Below, piece after piece: positions 21,098 through 30,624 of a stretch of DNA of 64,000 bases. Source of the DNA: Chlamydiales bacterium (GTDB lineage: Bacteria > Chlamydiota > Chlamydiia > Chlamydiales > JAAZZY01); the NCBI GenBank assembly GCA_965206695.1, contig CBDBKM010000010.1, positions 320,001 to 384,000 of the forward strand, written 5' to 3'. The notes beneath the pieces are model-generated. The model saw only the letters and a list, made by a program, of their open reading frames with translations, searched no databases and was not told the origin of the DNA. Positions within the stretch are counted from its first letter, which is position 1; the number at the start of each line of letters is the position of its first letter. A program made the position numbers and the translations under genes.

Positions 21098-23911
21098 ATG
21101 AAAGATAATACTGAAATATGGGAAGACAGATATCAATTATTACCGCTTCCAAAGAGCTACTATAACAAATCTTTTGAAGCTTACGAATATTCCAGTTCAT
21201 GTCCAGACTGTGGGGGACATGACAGAGTTTCTGTTTTTGCTGGGTTGGGTAAGCTTATAGCTATTTGCCGAGACCAAGGAAGAGCTGGTTGCGGTAAAAA
21301 GTTTTACAGGAATAAAGAGGAGGGGGCTGCATTTAATGGGGCGATACAAAATCAATCAACAAATCCAAAGAAACCTCAAGATGTGGATTATTCAGACGAG
21401 GTCAATTATTTCCACCAAAAGATATGGGGGAATCAACAAGTATTCGACTATGCGATATCTAGGGGGCTAAAAGAGGAAATAATAAAAGAATATCGTTTGG
21501 GGGCTTGTTTTTTCGACAATAGGTTGGCCTTGATAATTCCTTCTGCTGACGGGAAGTTCTACACTAGGCGTTTTCTAGATACACAGAAACCAAAATATAG
21601 AACTCCTACGGGTTCAAAACCTGTTAGCCACTATAACAACAACTCTAATACAGTGATTATCGTTGATGGTTCTATTGACGCTGTACTTTTGTCTTATTAT
21701 GCAAAAAGAGATATTGTTACTTACTGGGGGGCATTTACACCAAATAATATAGCGCCATTTTGCAAGAATTACGAAACCGTTATTGTTTGGTTAGACTGGG
21801 ATTCTGAAGGTGAAGCAGAAAAGTTGTGTGGTCAACTGAAAAAACTACTAAATACTCGCTCTAGAGTAAGATACCCTTTGGGCTTTTCAGATATAAATGC
21901 TGTTTTGGATTCAGACTTTAAAGATGTGGCAGATTTATTTTGCGATAACAGGTGCGGTCTAGGTTTCATTGACAAACTAATAACGGAATTAGAACCAGAT
22001 ACAAAAGAAAAGCATTTAAAAGACCACGAACCTACACAAAAGAGAGTAAAACATAAGATAACGTATAAATACATTAAAGACCTAGAGAGTGCAAAAGAGA
22101 CTGTTACAACGTATAGAAATGAGGAAAGAGTAGCGGTAGATATAGAGACAATGCCATTAAAAGACTGTCTCCAAGATAGACAAGCTGGGTTAATTCCTTA
22201 TAAGAACCAGATCAGATTGGTCCAACTCCACGCAAAAGGAGCGGGGACTACTATTTTTGATATGATGTTCATAAAGGATTTTAGCTTTCTGAAATTATTA
22301 GCATTAAAGAGGTGTGTATTTCATAACGCAATGTTCGATCTTTTTTTGCTTGAAAGAGAGGGGATAATAATAAGAGATTTCTTTGATACACTCATTTTCA
22401 ATAGGGTCATTATGCCACCGAACTTGTATAGGGAAGGTGATGTTTTAAATTTAAGCAAAGAAAAAACCCGTATACTGAAGAATAGAGCAGTTGGCTTAAA
22501 ACAGGCTTGTGTTTTTTGGTTGGATAAACCCGACTATTCAGAAGAACACAGCAATTGGCATAGGCCAGAACTGCCTGAAAGAAAGCTTGTCTATGCGGCA
22601 TTAGACGTGGTGAATACGCTGGATCTTTTTGATTATTTCCATACCAGGTCAGATTTTAAAGAAAACAAGAAAACCTATGATATTTTTATATCTGCTTTTC
22701 CTACGGTATTCATGATATACAAAAACGGCCTTTCTATTGATTTAGGGAAGATAGAACATGAAATTAGCAAAAAAGAAAAATGCTTAATCGAATCTTCTAA
22801 AGAGGTGGGGTTTAATTTAAACTCTACAAAACAGGTACAAGATTATTTCAAATCCCAACACCCCAAAATATACGAAAAAGCGTTAAGTCAAAAGCTGGTC
22901 ACTGCAAAAGGGTCGTTATCATTGGGGGACGGTAGCTGGGAGCAGTTTTGCATTATTTTAAAAGAATTAGGTTATGAAGAAATTGCACAGGCTATAAGGA
23001 GTTACAAAAAAGCAAGCAAAGGCTTAAGTAATCTAAAACAATACTATAATTATTGCTCTCCTTCTGGGGAAATCCATACAATGTTAGCATTAAACGGGGC
23101 AATAACTGGAAGATTCACTTGTTCTAAACCGAACCTACAAAACATAAAAAACGACTCGGAATACGAGGAATCAACAAGAGGCTTATTTAAATGCCCTACA
23201 GGCAAAAGGTATGTCCTAGCCGACTACTCACAACAAGAGTTAAGAGTTTTCGCTTTAGTGGCAGATGAGAATGGCTTAATCCAGGCTTTTGACAACAACA
23301 AAGACATTCACGGTCATATAGCCCACTTGGCTTTTGATGTCCCCTATATGGCAAAGGAAACAAAATATAGAAAAGACGCTAAGACAATTAGTTTTGGGTT
23401 GCTTTATGGAATGGGTGTAAAAAAATTAGCTGAAAATTTAGGAGTGTCCCTGAAAGAGGCAAAAAGAAAAAAACAATTAATTTCTGATACTTTCCCCCAT
23501 CTTTCGAGATTAGAGATGTCGCTAAAAGAATCTTGGCAAAAAGAAAAGAGTATCAAAGTACCGTGTGCTTCTGGAGAGTATAGGAATATAATAGACGTTA
23601 ACCTTCTTTGCGGTACTCATAAACTTGTTAACTACCATGTACAAGGAGCAGGTGGGTCAATTATGATTCAAGCAATGGTGTTATGGAATAAGTCATACGG
23701 AGTAGATAACTCAGAGTGCGATATAGTTAACTCAATACATGATGAACTTATCTTCTGCGTAGATGAAAACAAAATAGAAGATTGGAAGCCTAGAATAATA
23801 GAAAGAATGGAGCAGGCTTTTATTGACGTATTGCCACAAGCAAAGCGTTGGAAAGGTGACTTATTAGACATAATAGAAAGTAAAACATTTAGAAAAAGAG
23901 AGAACGCATGA
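21098..23911 (+). CDS. Fusion of Zn-finger/TOPRIM (DnaG-like) primase, 3'-5' exonuclease and family A DNA polymerase
   Basis: Primase: CPDCGGHDR, RGL..PKY, VDGSID, DWD, DIN. Exonuclease: DIET, HNAMFD, YAALD. PolA: TGRFTCSKPNLQNI, ADYSQQELR, RKDAKTISFGLLYG, IHDEL. Confidence 0.88.
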   Translation: MKDNTEIWEDRYQLLPLPKSYYNKSFEAYEYSSSCPDCGGHDRVSVFAGLGKLIAICRDQGRAGCGKKFYRNKEEGAAFNGAIQNQSTNPKKPQDVDYSDEVNYFHQKIWGNQQVFDYAISRGLKEEIIKEYRLGACFFDNRLALIIPSADGKFYTRRFLDTQKPKYRTPTGSKPVSHYNNNSNTVIIVDGSIDAVLLSYYAKRDIVTYWGAFTPNNIAPFCKNYETVIVWLDWDSEGEAEKLCGQLKKLLNTRSRVRYPLGFSDINAVLDSDFKDVADLFCDNRCGLGFIDKLITELEPDTKEKHLKDHEPTQKRVKHKITYKYIKDLESAKETVTTYRNEERVAVDIETMPLKDCLQDRQAGLIPYKNQIRLVQLHAKGAGTTIFDMMFIKDFSFLKLLALKRCVFHNAMFDLFLLEREGIIIRDFFDTLIFNRVIMPPNLYREGDVLNLSKEKTRILKNRAVGLKQACVFWLDKPDYSEEHSNWHRPELPERKLVYAALDVVNTLDLFDYFHTRSDFKENKKTYDIFISAFPTVFMIYKNGLSIDLGKIEHEISKKEKCLIESSKEVGFNLNSTKQVQDYFKSQHPKIYEKALSQKLVTAKGSLSLGDGSWEQFCIILKELGYEEIAQAIRSYKKASKGLSNLKQYYNYCSPSGEIHTMLALNGAITGRFTCSKPNLQNIKNDSEYEESTRGLFKCPTGKRYVLADYSQQELRVFALVADENGLIQAFDNNKDIHGHIAHLAFDVPYMAKETKYRKDAKTISFGLLYGMGVKKLAENLGVSLKEAKRKKQLISDTFPHLSRLEMSLKESWQKEKSIKVPCASGEYRNIIDVNLLCGTHKLVNYHVQGAGGSIMIQAMVLWNKSYGVDNSECDIVNSIHDELIFCVDENKIEDWKPRIIERMEQAFIDVLPQAKRWKGDLLDIIESKTFRKRENA

Positions 23912-24987
23912 AAGCTATAAAAAAAAAAGAAATTGGGTTGGAGGATAAACTTGGCAACCTAATAGAAAAACAACGAAACCACGCCAAAGACCAAAATACA
24001 AAAGAGGCGGAAGAATTAAAAAAAGACCTAAAGCTTTGCAAAAACACAACTATGTTACTGAAAGAACAAAACATTAAAGACATCTACAGTATTCCAGACT
24101 ATCCACACCTTTTCGAAGAGGACGACCCGAATAAAAAAAAATGGGAAAACCATAAGTTAATACCTCTAAAAGGAACCAGATCGGTTATTGGCGGACACCC
24201 TGGGGTTGGTAAATCCGTACTAGCTTTGCAAATGGCGGCTTCAATAGCTACAGGGATTTCTTTTCTTGGAAAATTCAAACCAACAAAACAAGGGCGGGTG
24301 GTGTACATTTGTGCAGAAGACAACCCGTTATATACTCATGTCAACAGATTTAAGGGTTTTAACAACTATAAAGAACAAATAAAAAAGCTTCAAGAAGACA
24401 TATATTTTATTGAATTAGAACAAGGCCTGTTTATTGAAGAACAGTATAACGGAACTAAACCAAGCGAGACATTTTTAAAGATAAAAAAAGAATGTGAGAA
24501 ACTAGAGCCTGTTTTAATCGTAATAGACCCCCTAGGAAAAGCGTTTGGTTTGTCGGAAAATGATAATACGAAAATAAATCAAGTCTTTATGAATCACTTA
24601 AGAACGTTACATGATTCAAAGAATGAGCCAGCAATTATCGAAGTAACCCACCTTAGAAAAAGCGATAACAAAAGTTCGGGTGAATCAGATATAAACAGCG
24701 TTAGGGGGGCGGGAGCTATCGTAGGAGACGCAAAATGTTTTATTTCTCTAGACGCTACAGCAGACAAAAAGAAAAAAACAGTGAACTTGATCAAAGCAAG
24801 CTACGCAAAAGATGACTTTAAATTAAATGTTAAGTTTGAAAATAACGAGCTAGTACCAACAAACGCAACAGAATGCAACAAAACAAAAGAAGTAAATGAA
24901 GGTAACCTTGTAGAGAAAAAAGCGACCAATAAGAATTTCACCCCCAAAAGGATTAAAAAAGCGATCCAAGGAGTTGATAAAAAATGA
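23908..24987 (+). CDS. AAA_25/RepA-like SF4 helicase
   Basis: Walker A GHPGVGKS, CAED, Walker B LIVIDP, HLRK and RGAGA motifs; ATGA overlap with the polymerase gene. Confidence 0.85.
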   Translation: MKAIKKKEIGLEDKLGNLIEKQRNHAKDQNTKEAEELKKDLKLCKNTTMLLKEQNIKDIYSIPDYPHLFEEDDPNKKKWENHKLIPLKGTRSVIGGHPGVGKSVLALQMAASIATGISFLGKFKPTKQGRVVYICAEDNPLYTHVNRFKGFNNYKEQIKKLQEDIYFIELEQGLFIEEQYNGTKPSETFLKIKKECEKLEPVLIVIDPLGKAFGLSENDNTKINQVFMNHLRTLHDSKNEPAIIEVTHLRKSDNKSSGESDINSVRGAGAIVGDAKCFISLDATADKKKKTVNLIKASYAKDDFKLNVKFENNELVPTNATECNKTKEVNEGNLVEKKATNKNFTPKRIKKAIQGVDKK

Positions 24988-26336
24988 AAAATGACGATTT
25001 AAAAAGAAACCTGGAATATGCAGAAGAGTGCCGTAAAAAAGAAGTAATGCCGTGCTGTTGGGAAATAAAGAAAAGAACATTGGAGTTTTTAAGAGCTAAA
25101 AAAGCAATAACATACCGAAGAGCAAAAGAAATAATCTCTAAAAACAGATTAATTAAAGATAGTTGTAAAGAGTTTGTTCATTTGCTGAAAAAAGAATTAA
25201 ATCCCGAGATAGAGGACTTGCATATAGCGCACATTGAAGGTGACAATATATATGACCACATAGGCATATACCCTGTAATAGGAGGAGAAAAGACCAATAT
25301 AGAAATTTATGAGAAATTAGTAAAAGAGAAATCTAAAGAAGTAAGCAAGAGATACACAACCCTTTTAAAGGAAATTGAGGGGCGATTAAAAGCGACCACC
25401 CTAATATACGAATACTTAGAAAAAAAGTTTAAGCAAGGGTTGTTAGAAGAAGAAATAAACGATTTTTTATACAAAGAAGATTTGGAGGAAGAACAAATTA
25501 GCACTTTCCCGAAACAGATGTTAAAAAAGCTCTCTGCAAAACAATCAAACCCAAAAGATTCAATGCCAGTGTTCCAGCCTAATGAAATGGACGTTCTTCA
25601 TGTTGCGTGGCATAAATCCCAGAACATGAGCAAAAAGGAATTGGAAGTTCTTCAAAAGCTAGACCCCTTTGCAAATACCGAAAGTAGGCTTGTATGGCAT
25701 GTGCTTATAGCCAAGGAGGAGGCTTTGAATATGTGCTATATCGGGGGGACAAGTGATGGAATGCGAAGATTACAGTTCTTCAAAGCGGTAGAATCTTTAT
25801 CCCAAAAACTAGTCACTTGGGTAATAGATAAAGATGACGGAACAGAAGATTATATTTTACACCAAGAGCCAGTACTTAGAACATCTTTCGCCTATGAGCT
25901 TTCTAAGGGGGGAGTCGAAAAGGGCAGGTATTTTTGTGTGGAAATCCCAATTAAGTTATTAAACCTGTTAGAAAAAGATCGGTTTCTTAAGTCCCCAAAG
26001 AATGAAAGGCTAATATTTAGATCAATCCCCCCTAAGTTAACAACAGCTCAAGAAAAGTTCTTTATCCATCTAAAAGAAGTTGCTCCTTTTAGCAATAGAA
26101 GCAAAAGAGGCTTTAAATGGAACGCGGGTGTGTGGGCCTTAAAGATATGGGTAGATGATAAGAAAAACATAAAAAGGAACATTGACGAGCTTGAAGAGTT
26201 TGGAAAGAAACAAAAAGTTATAGGATTTCTAAAATCTTTCGATCGAGTGGAAGAAAACAACGAGATTTTTTTTATTTTTAAGTTCCACAACCAAAATTAT
26301 AGGCATGTTTTTGGAGTAGAAAGACCAGAAAAATAA
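24984..26336 (+). CDS. Hypothetical 450-aa protein, possibly a replication initiator (pGP2-like position)
   Basis: Long ORF with an ATGA overlap after the helicase; C-terminus suggests a winged helix. Function is inferred only. Confidence 0.5.
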   Translation: MKNDDLKRNLEYAEECRKKEVMPCCWEIKKRTLEFLRAKKAITYRRAKEIISKNRLIKDSCKEFVHLLKKELNPEIEDLHIAHIEGDNIYDHIGIYPVIGGEKTNIEIYEKLVKEKSKEVSKRYTTLLKEIEGRLKATTLIYEYLEKKFKQGLLEEEINDFLYKEDLEEEQISTFPKQMLKKLSAKQSNPKDSMPVFQPNEMDVLHVAWHKSQNMSKKELEVLQKLDPFANTESRLVWHVLIAKEEALNMCYIGGTSDGMRRLQFFKAVESLSQKLVTWVIDKDDGTEDYILHQEPVLRTSFAYELSKGGVEKGRYFCVEIPIKLLNLLEKDRFLKSPKNERLIFRSIPPKLTTAQEKFFIHLKEVAPFSNRSKRGFKWNAGVWALKIWVDDKKNIKRNIDELEEFGKKQKVIGFLKSFDRVEENNEIFFIFKFHNQNYRHVFGVERPEK

Positions 26337-26397
26337 GAAATCAATATTTACGGATATTACTATATACGGATTTCAGGTTTTATTAATTTCCTTGAAT

Positions 26398-26425
26398 TGG
26401 TATGATAATACCCCTTATCATTAGA
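26398..26425 (+). promoter_or_regulatory. dif-like tyrosine-recombinase core site (11-6-11)
   Basis: TGGTATGATAA-TACCCC-TTATCATTAGA with a perfect 7-bp inner inverted repeat, upstream of integrase 2. Confidence 0.55.
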
Positions 26426-26453
26426 AATATTTATTATACAGTTAGGGTGAATT

Positions 26454-27413
26454 ATGACTAAGAATCAACTCATTTCAGCAGATTCAATAACTCGACAAGA
26501 GATTGTTGCCGCAAAAGAACAATTCCTTTGGGAGCGAGCATCTTCAATTTCCTTATTTGACGCCATACAAGAATTTTTAGATACATTGACACACCACACT
26601 AAAAGGGCATACAGCACAGCATTTAATCAATTTTTTGAAGGTGAAATATTAAATACGGATTGGTCTCTACAGCAATTTGCGCTACTAAATCTTGAAACGA
26701 TACTGGATAGCATCAAAACTACCACTATGGGAAGCGAAGCTACAAAACAAAGTCGATCTGCAACATTTGTGGCATTTACCGCCTTTATGCAAAGACGTTC
26801 AAATAATCTGATAAAAAAAGCCGTGGCATGTAAAGAAAACGGGAAGCAAACATTTAAAAAGATTCGCAATAAAGCAGTTACAACAGCATTCTCCGAGAAA
26901 GATTTGAAATTATTCCTGGGGGAGTTGCGAAAAATGAGCGTTAGAGATTATCTATTCGCCAAATGTATTTTACAAGGGGCTAAAAGGATAAATGAAGTTA
27001 GTGCCGCTACGGCAAATCAAATTGATTGGGTACAAAACCAAATTACATTTAAGCAATCAAAATCCGATGTAGAATCTCATACGGTAATCACTTTCCCCCA
27101 AAGTTATATGAATGAATTAAAACAATATCTACAAGGAAGAGCCACGGGATATATCTTTCAATCAAGAAACGGCACAAGGCTACAGCAATCTCACGCATAT
27201 CGAAGTTTTGTAGGGGCGAGCGTAAATGCCGGCCTTAGCAATCGCGTCACACCCCACACACTAAGAGCCTCTTCAATAACATTGTTTGCTCAAAAAGGAT
27301 ATTCTGCTGATGAAATAGCTAAAGTCTCGGGTCACGTAGAATTGAAAATGATATCATACTATAACAAATCTGATATGGCGGACAACCCGACTAAGCAAAT
27401 GTCATTGATTTAA
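26454..27413 (+). CDS. Chlamydial plasmid pGP7/pGP8-like tyrosine recombinase, intact
   Basis: SEATKQSR, TFKKIRNK, RDYL, KRINEV, HTLRAS and VSGH...Y give a full catalytic set. Confidence 0.9.
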   Translation: MTKNQLISADSITRQEIVAAKEQFLWERASSISLFDAIQEFLDTLTHHTKRAYSTAFNQFFEGEILNTDWSLQQFALLNLETILDSIKTTTMGSEATKQSRSATFVAFTAFMQRRSNNLIKKAVACKENGKQTFKKIRNKAVTTAFSEKDLKLFLGELRKMSVRDYLFAKCILQGAKRINEVSAATANQIDWVQNQITFKQSKSDVESHTVITFPQSYMNELKQYLQGRATGYIFQSRNGTRLQQSHAYRSFVGASVNAGLSNRVTPHTLRASSITLFAQKGYSADEIAKVSGHVELKMISYYNKSDMADNPTKQMSLI

Positions 27414-27629
27414 TGACGGGAGAGATACAAAGCTATTAAAAAAAATCTTCGTATTCTTATTTAACCCGGCTAATGTTAGTATGCTCGCTCTTTTTACAAA
27501 AGCTATACAGCCGGAAGTGATAGAAGAGAGAATCAAGAGCAAATATGGCATTTGTAATTTAGATTTATCTAATGTTTTAATCTCATAAGCTTCCAATTCC
27601 GACAGTGTTTTAACAACCCAGGTTGATTT

Positions 27630-27977
27630 ATGTTAAGGTTACCCGTGGTTATTGCAGCGACAGTCACAACGGCAACAGCTATTGCTGCCTTTGTTTACTT
27701 CAATGAAATAGATAGTGCAATAAAGAGCATTTGGCAAAGAACAAATAATACGCGTGTTGCAACAACCGGGAATTCTTTGAGCGCTTCTATTGTTGAACAG
27801 GCTTTACATGACCCAGTATCAAATACCCGGCTCGTGACCAATTTTAATTCGAGAAGAACTTATGAGTTGCACGAGAGAGAACACTTCTACCCCCTAATCC
27901 ATTATGATTATCATAATGATATTTCGAATCCAAACAATTCATTACACGGTTTTTATCTCACGCAGTATAGAACCTAA
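27630..27977 (+). CDS. Hypothetical protein with hydrophobic N-terminus
   Basis: 115-aa ORF with an N-terminal TM or signal segment. Confidence 0.35.
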   Translation: MLRLPVVIAATVTTATAIAAFVYFNEIDSAIKSIWQRTNNTRVATTGNSLSASIVEQALHDPVSNTRLVTNFNSRRTYELHEREHFYPLIHYDYHNDISNPNNSLHGFYLTQYRT

Positions 27978-27984
27978 TTTCTCA

Positions 27985-28341
27985 TCATTTGGTAGGTGTA
28001 TTTTTAAGGATTTCATTAGCAATTCTGTTTTCTTCTTTTTTGATAGTGAAAAAGGCTTTATTAATAGTCATATCTTGATTAGACAATGCCTCCTTCATTT
28101 CGTCAGATGCTTTTTCTTGGATCTTTTCTATTTTATTGAGTGTTCCTTCACTAATATTAGAGTCTTTTGAAATAATTGTTCTGGTTCTACCTTGTGACAA
28201 TGTTATCTCAATGTTGGACAAGTCATTTCTATTTCCTTGTCTTTCTTTAGCCAATTCAGCTAAGTACCCTTTCTTCTTTAAAACAATAATCCCGCGTTCG
28301 TAAGCAGACAGATTTCTTCTTTCCATTTGCCTATCAAGCAC
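27985..28341 (-). pseudogene. Fragment of a ParB-associated HTH protein (phage/plasmid type)
   Basis: RRNLS..ER, AKERQGNRNDL and an HTH-like ISEGTL segment; appears truncated. Confidence 0.45.
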
Positions 28342-28465
28342 CCTAAAATATTAGTAAAAACAATGTTAATGTCCCGCTATTGTCCTATTTGGGTATGTTA
28401 CTTTAATACTTGTCACCTAAAAGCAGTTGACATGCAACGGATTGTATATCTGATGTAATGGGTTT

Positions 28466-28762
28466 TTAAATTCTAGGCTGATAATAACCGTTATCTACAA
28501 CCTGGAGCATGCGTAACGCTATTTGCGATGGGCTTCGATAGCCGGACTCCCAAGCTTGAATGGTTTTGATACTTACATTCAAGACTAAAGAAAAGGTAAG
28601 TTGAGAATACCCGGATTTTTTACGTATCCTCTTCACATCCCTTGCCTCATATTCAGGTGGAGGATTAACCGCTACTTTTTTAGATCTAAGCCTTTTCTTT
28701 CCCGTTGCATGTGCCTTAGCTTCTTTTAAACCTTTGGATAAATCATCAAATAACTGTCCCAT
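28466..28762 (-). CDS. higA: HigA-type HTH antitoxin
   Basis: IRKKSGYSQ..FS..LNVSIKTIQAWESG.R.PS XRE-family HTH. Confidence 0.85.
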   Translation of the reverse strand: MGQLFDDLSKGLKEAKAHATGKKRLRSKKVAVNPPPEYEARDVKRIRKKSGYSQLTFSLVLNVSIKTIQAWESGYRSPSQIALRMLQVVDNGYYQPRI

Positions 28763-29109
28763 TACCTAAGCTCCTTCTTTAAGTCTTCAATATAAACTTT
28801 TAATTGCTTCTTCTCTTTTTGTGATAGATCTTCCTTGACATTCTTAGCATATAAAACCAGCAAATAGAGTCTGCCTTTCTCGGTAATATCGACATAATAG
28901 ACTCGATAACTTCCACTCTTCCCCTTAGCAGATGATTTCATACGAGTCTTGCGAATACCACCGGTCCCTATAACAGCGCCCCCCTGTTTTGGATCTTTCA
29001 CTAGTGAGATCTCGAAATCCTCATAGTCCTGTTTCAACAATCTGTGTTTAGATATCAACTCATCTAATAGCTTACTAAATAAAGAGGTTTGGATAATGCT
29101 TCTTTTCAT
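28762..29109 (-). CDS. higB: RelE/HigB-type toxin
   Basis: GTGGIRKTR, KGKSGSYRVYY and YAKNVKEDL motifs; toxin gene lies upstream of the antitoxin. Confidence 0.85.
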   Translation of the reverse strand: MKRSIIQTSLFSKLLDELISKHRLLKQDYEDFEISLVKDPKQGGAVIGTGGIRKTRMKSSAKGKSGSYRVYYVDITEKGRLYLLVLYAKNVKEDLSQKEKKQLKVYIEDLKKELR

Positions 29110-29249
29110 ACTAAGAATAATACTACACAGTGGTACTTATTTGCAATATAACGATACAAAGCCTGCTTAGATTTAGGTAAAGATCCTATCTACTCAGATA
29201 GTGGTAAGATTCTTTAAAACAAATATTTTTTGCAAATCTAAATACTCGA

Positions 29250-29540
29250 TTTGGATATTACAACGATAAGTTTACAAGCCAAGGCAATAAGCGCTTGATA
29301 AGAAGCCCCCCGGGTAGGGACTTGTCACGTGAGAGATTTCTAACCAGCTGCAGACGTATAGCAGTGGGGAATATTGCACCATAATATTGAAACCCTCGGG
29401 CAGGTGCTGCATTACCGGTTTTTACTTCGATTAAGTGGGATGGTTTCCCATCGATATTAACTAGAAAGTCAAGCTCTTTTCCGTCTTTTGTTCTAAGATA
29501 AAGGTATTTGTGAGGAAATGCACTCTCCTAAAATCGACTC
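29250..29540 (-). pseudogene. C-terminal remnant of an AAA+/DUF4143-type ATPase
   Basis: Minus-strand translation YLRTKDGKELDFLV...LIEVKTG. Confidence 0.5.
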
Positions 29541-29543
29541 TTA

Positions 29544-30477
29544 TAGTCATTTAATTTTATATTGATAAGATTGCTTGATCAATGGCGAATTTAAAATTCG
29601 TAACTTTTCGTAATATCTCTCTAACTTTATTTTTCATATTAGCCCAATATTTTTCTATAGGATTTAAGTCCGGAGAATATGGAGGAAGAAACATAAGCTT
29701 ACAACCGGCAGATTCTACTGTTTTCCTGCTTTCCGCTGACTTGTGAAAACCGGCATTGTCAAGAATAAGAACACTACCGGGTGTAAGCTGAGGAGTCAAA
29801 ACTTCCTTAAGCCAAATATTGAATAACCCGGTATTACAAGTACCTTCAAAACACATTGGAGATAAAAACTGCCCTTTAGATAGGGCTGAAATAATATTTT
29901 GCCTTATAAAGCGGTTTCCTGAAACCGCTCCAAAAACTCTTTTGCCGCGTAAGCTTCTTCCGGACTCACGAAATAAAAATTGATGAATCCCGGTTTCATC
30001 GAGATAAATTCTCTTGTCAAAGGGAATATTTTTTAAATCTTTCATAAAAGCTTCCCGTTTCTTTTCATCTCTTTCCTTATAGCGAGTAGTTTTTTTTTCG
30101 TGTAATTTTTAATCTTTTAAGGGCATAAAAAATCGTTTGCGGAGTGACTGAAAAATAATCAGCAATTTCCGATAAAAAATAATCCGGATGTTTTTCTACA
30201 TATTTAGATAACAACTCATCATCTAATTTCTTATAAGCATATTTTCTGCGGATTGGCTTTAAATGTCCTTTTTGCTTTTTTTGCAAGATCCATCGATATA
30301 TTGTTGCGATACCTACTTGAAAAATATGGCCGGCTGTTTTTTTATCATGATGTTTTTCTATATGTTGTAATACTTTCTCTCGAAGATCTACTGAATAGGC
30401 TCTAGGCATTGTTTTGTCCTTACTGTTTGTATAAAAAAAGAAGGATAACATATTATCAAATAAAAATTAAAATACTA
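29544..30477 (-). mobile_element. IS630-family element type A (A9 tract variant)
   Basis: Near-identical to 12265-13199; TA flanks. Confidence 0.92.
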
Positions 30478-30624
30478 TACACGCCATCGTAGTATCTCTA
30501 ATTGTTTTATTAACTTACTTGGGTCTCTTATTACGTACTCTCATCAAGAAAAAAAACCTTCGATTAAGTTGGAAAAAGCATCAAAATATTTTACCTATGG
30601 TAATTTAAACCCGAAATTCAGGTT

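Noticed and set aside
18851..29109. Prophage
   Set aside because: No terminase, portal, capsid or tail genes are recognisable.
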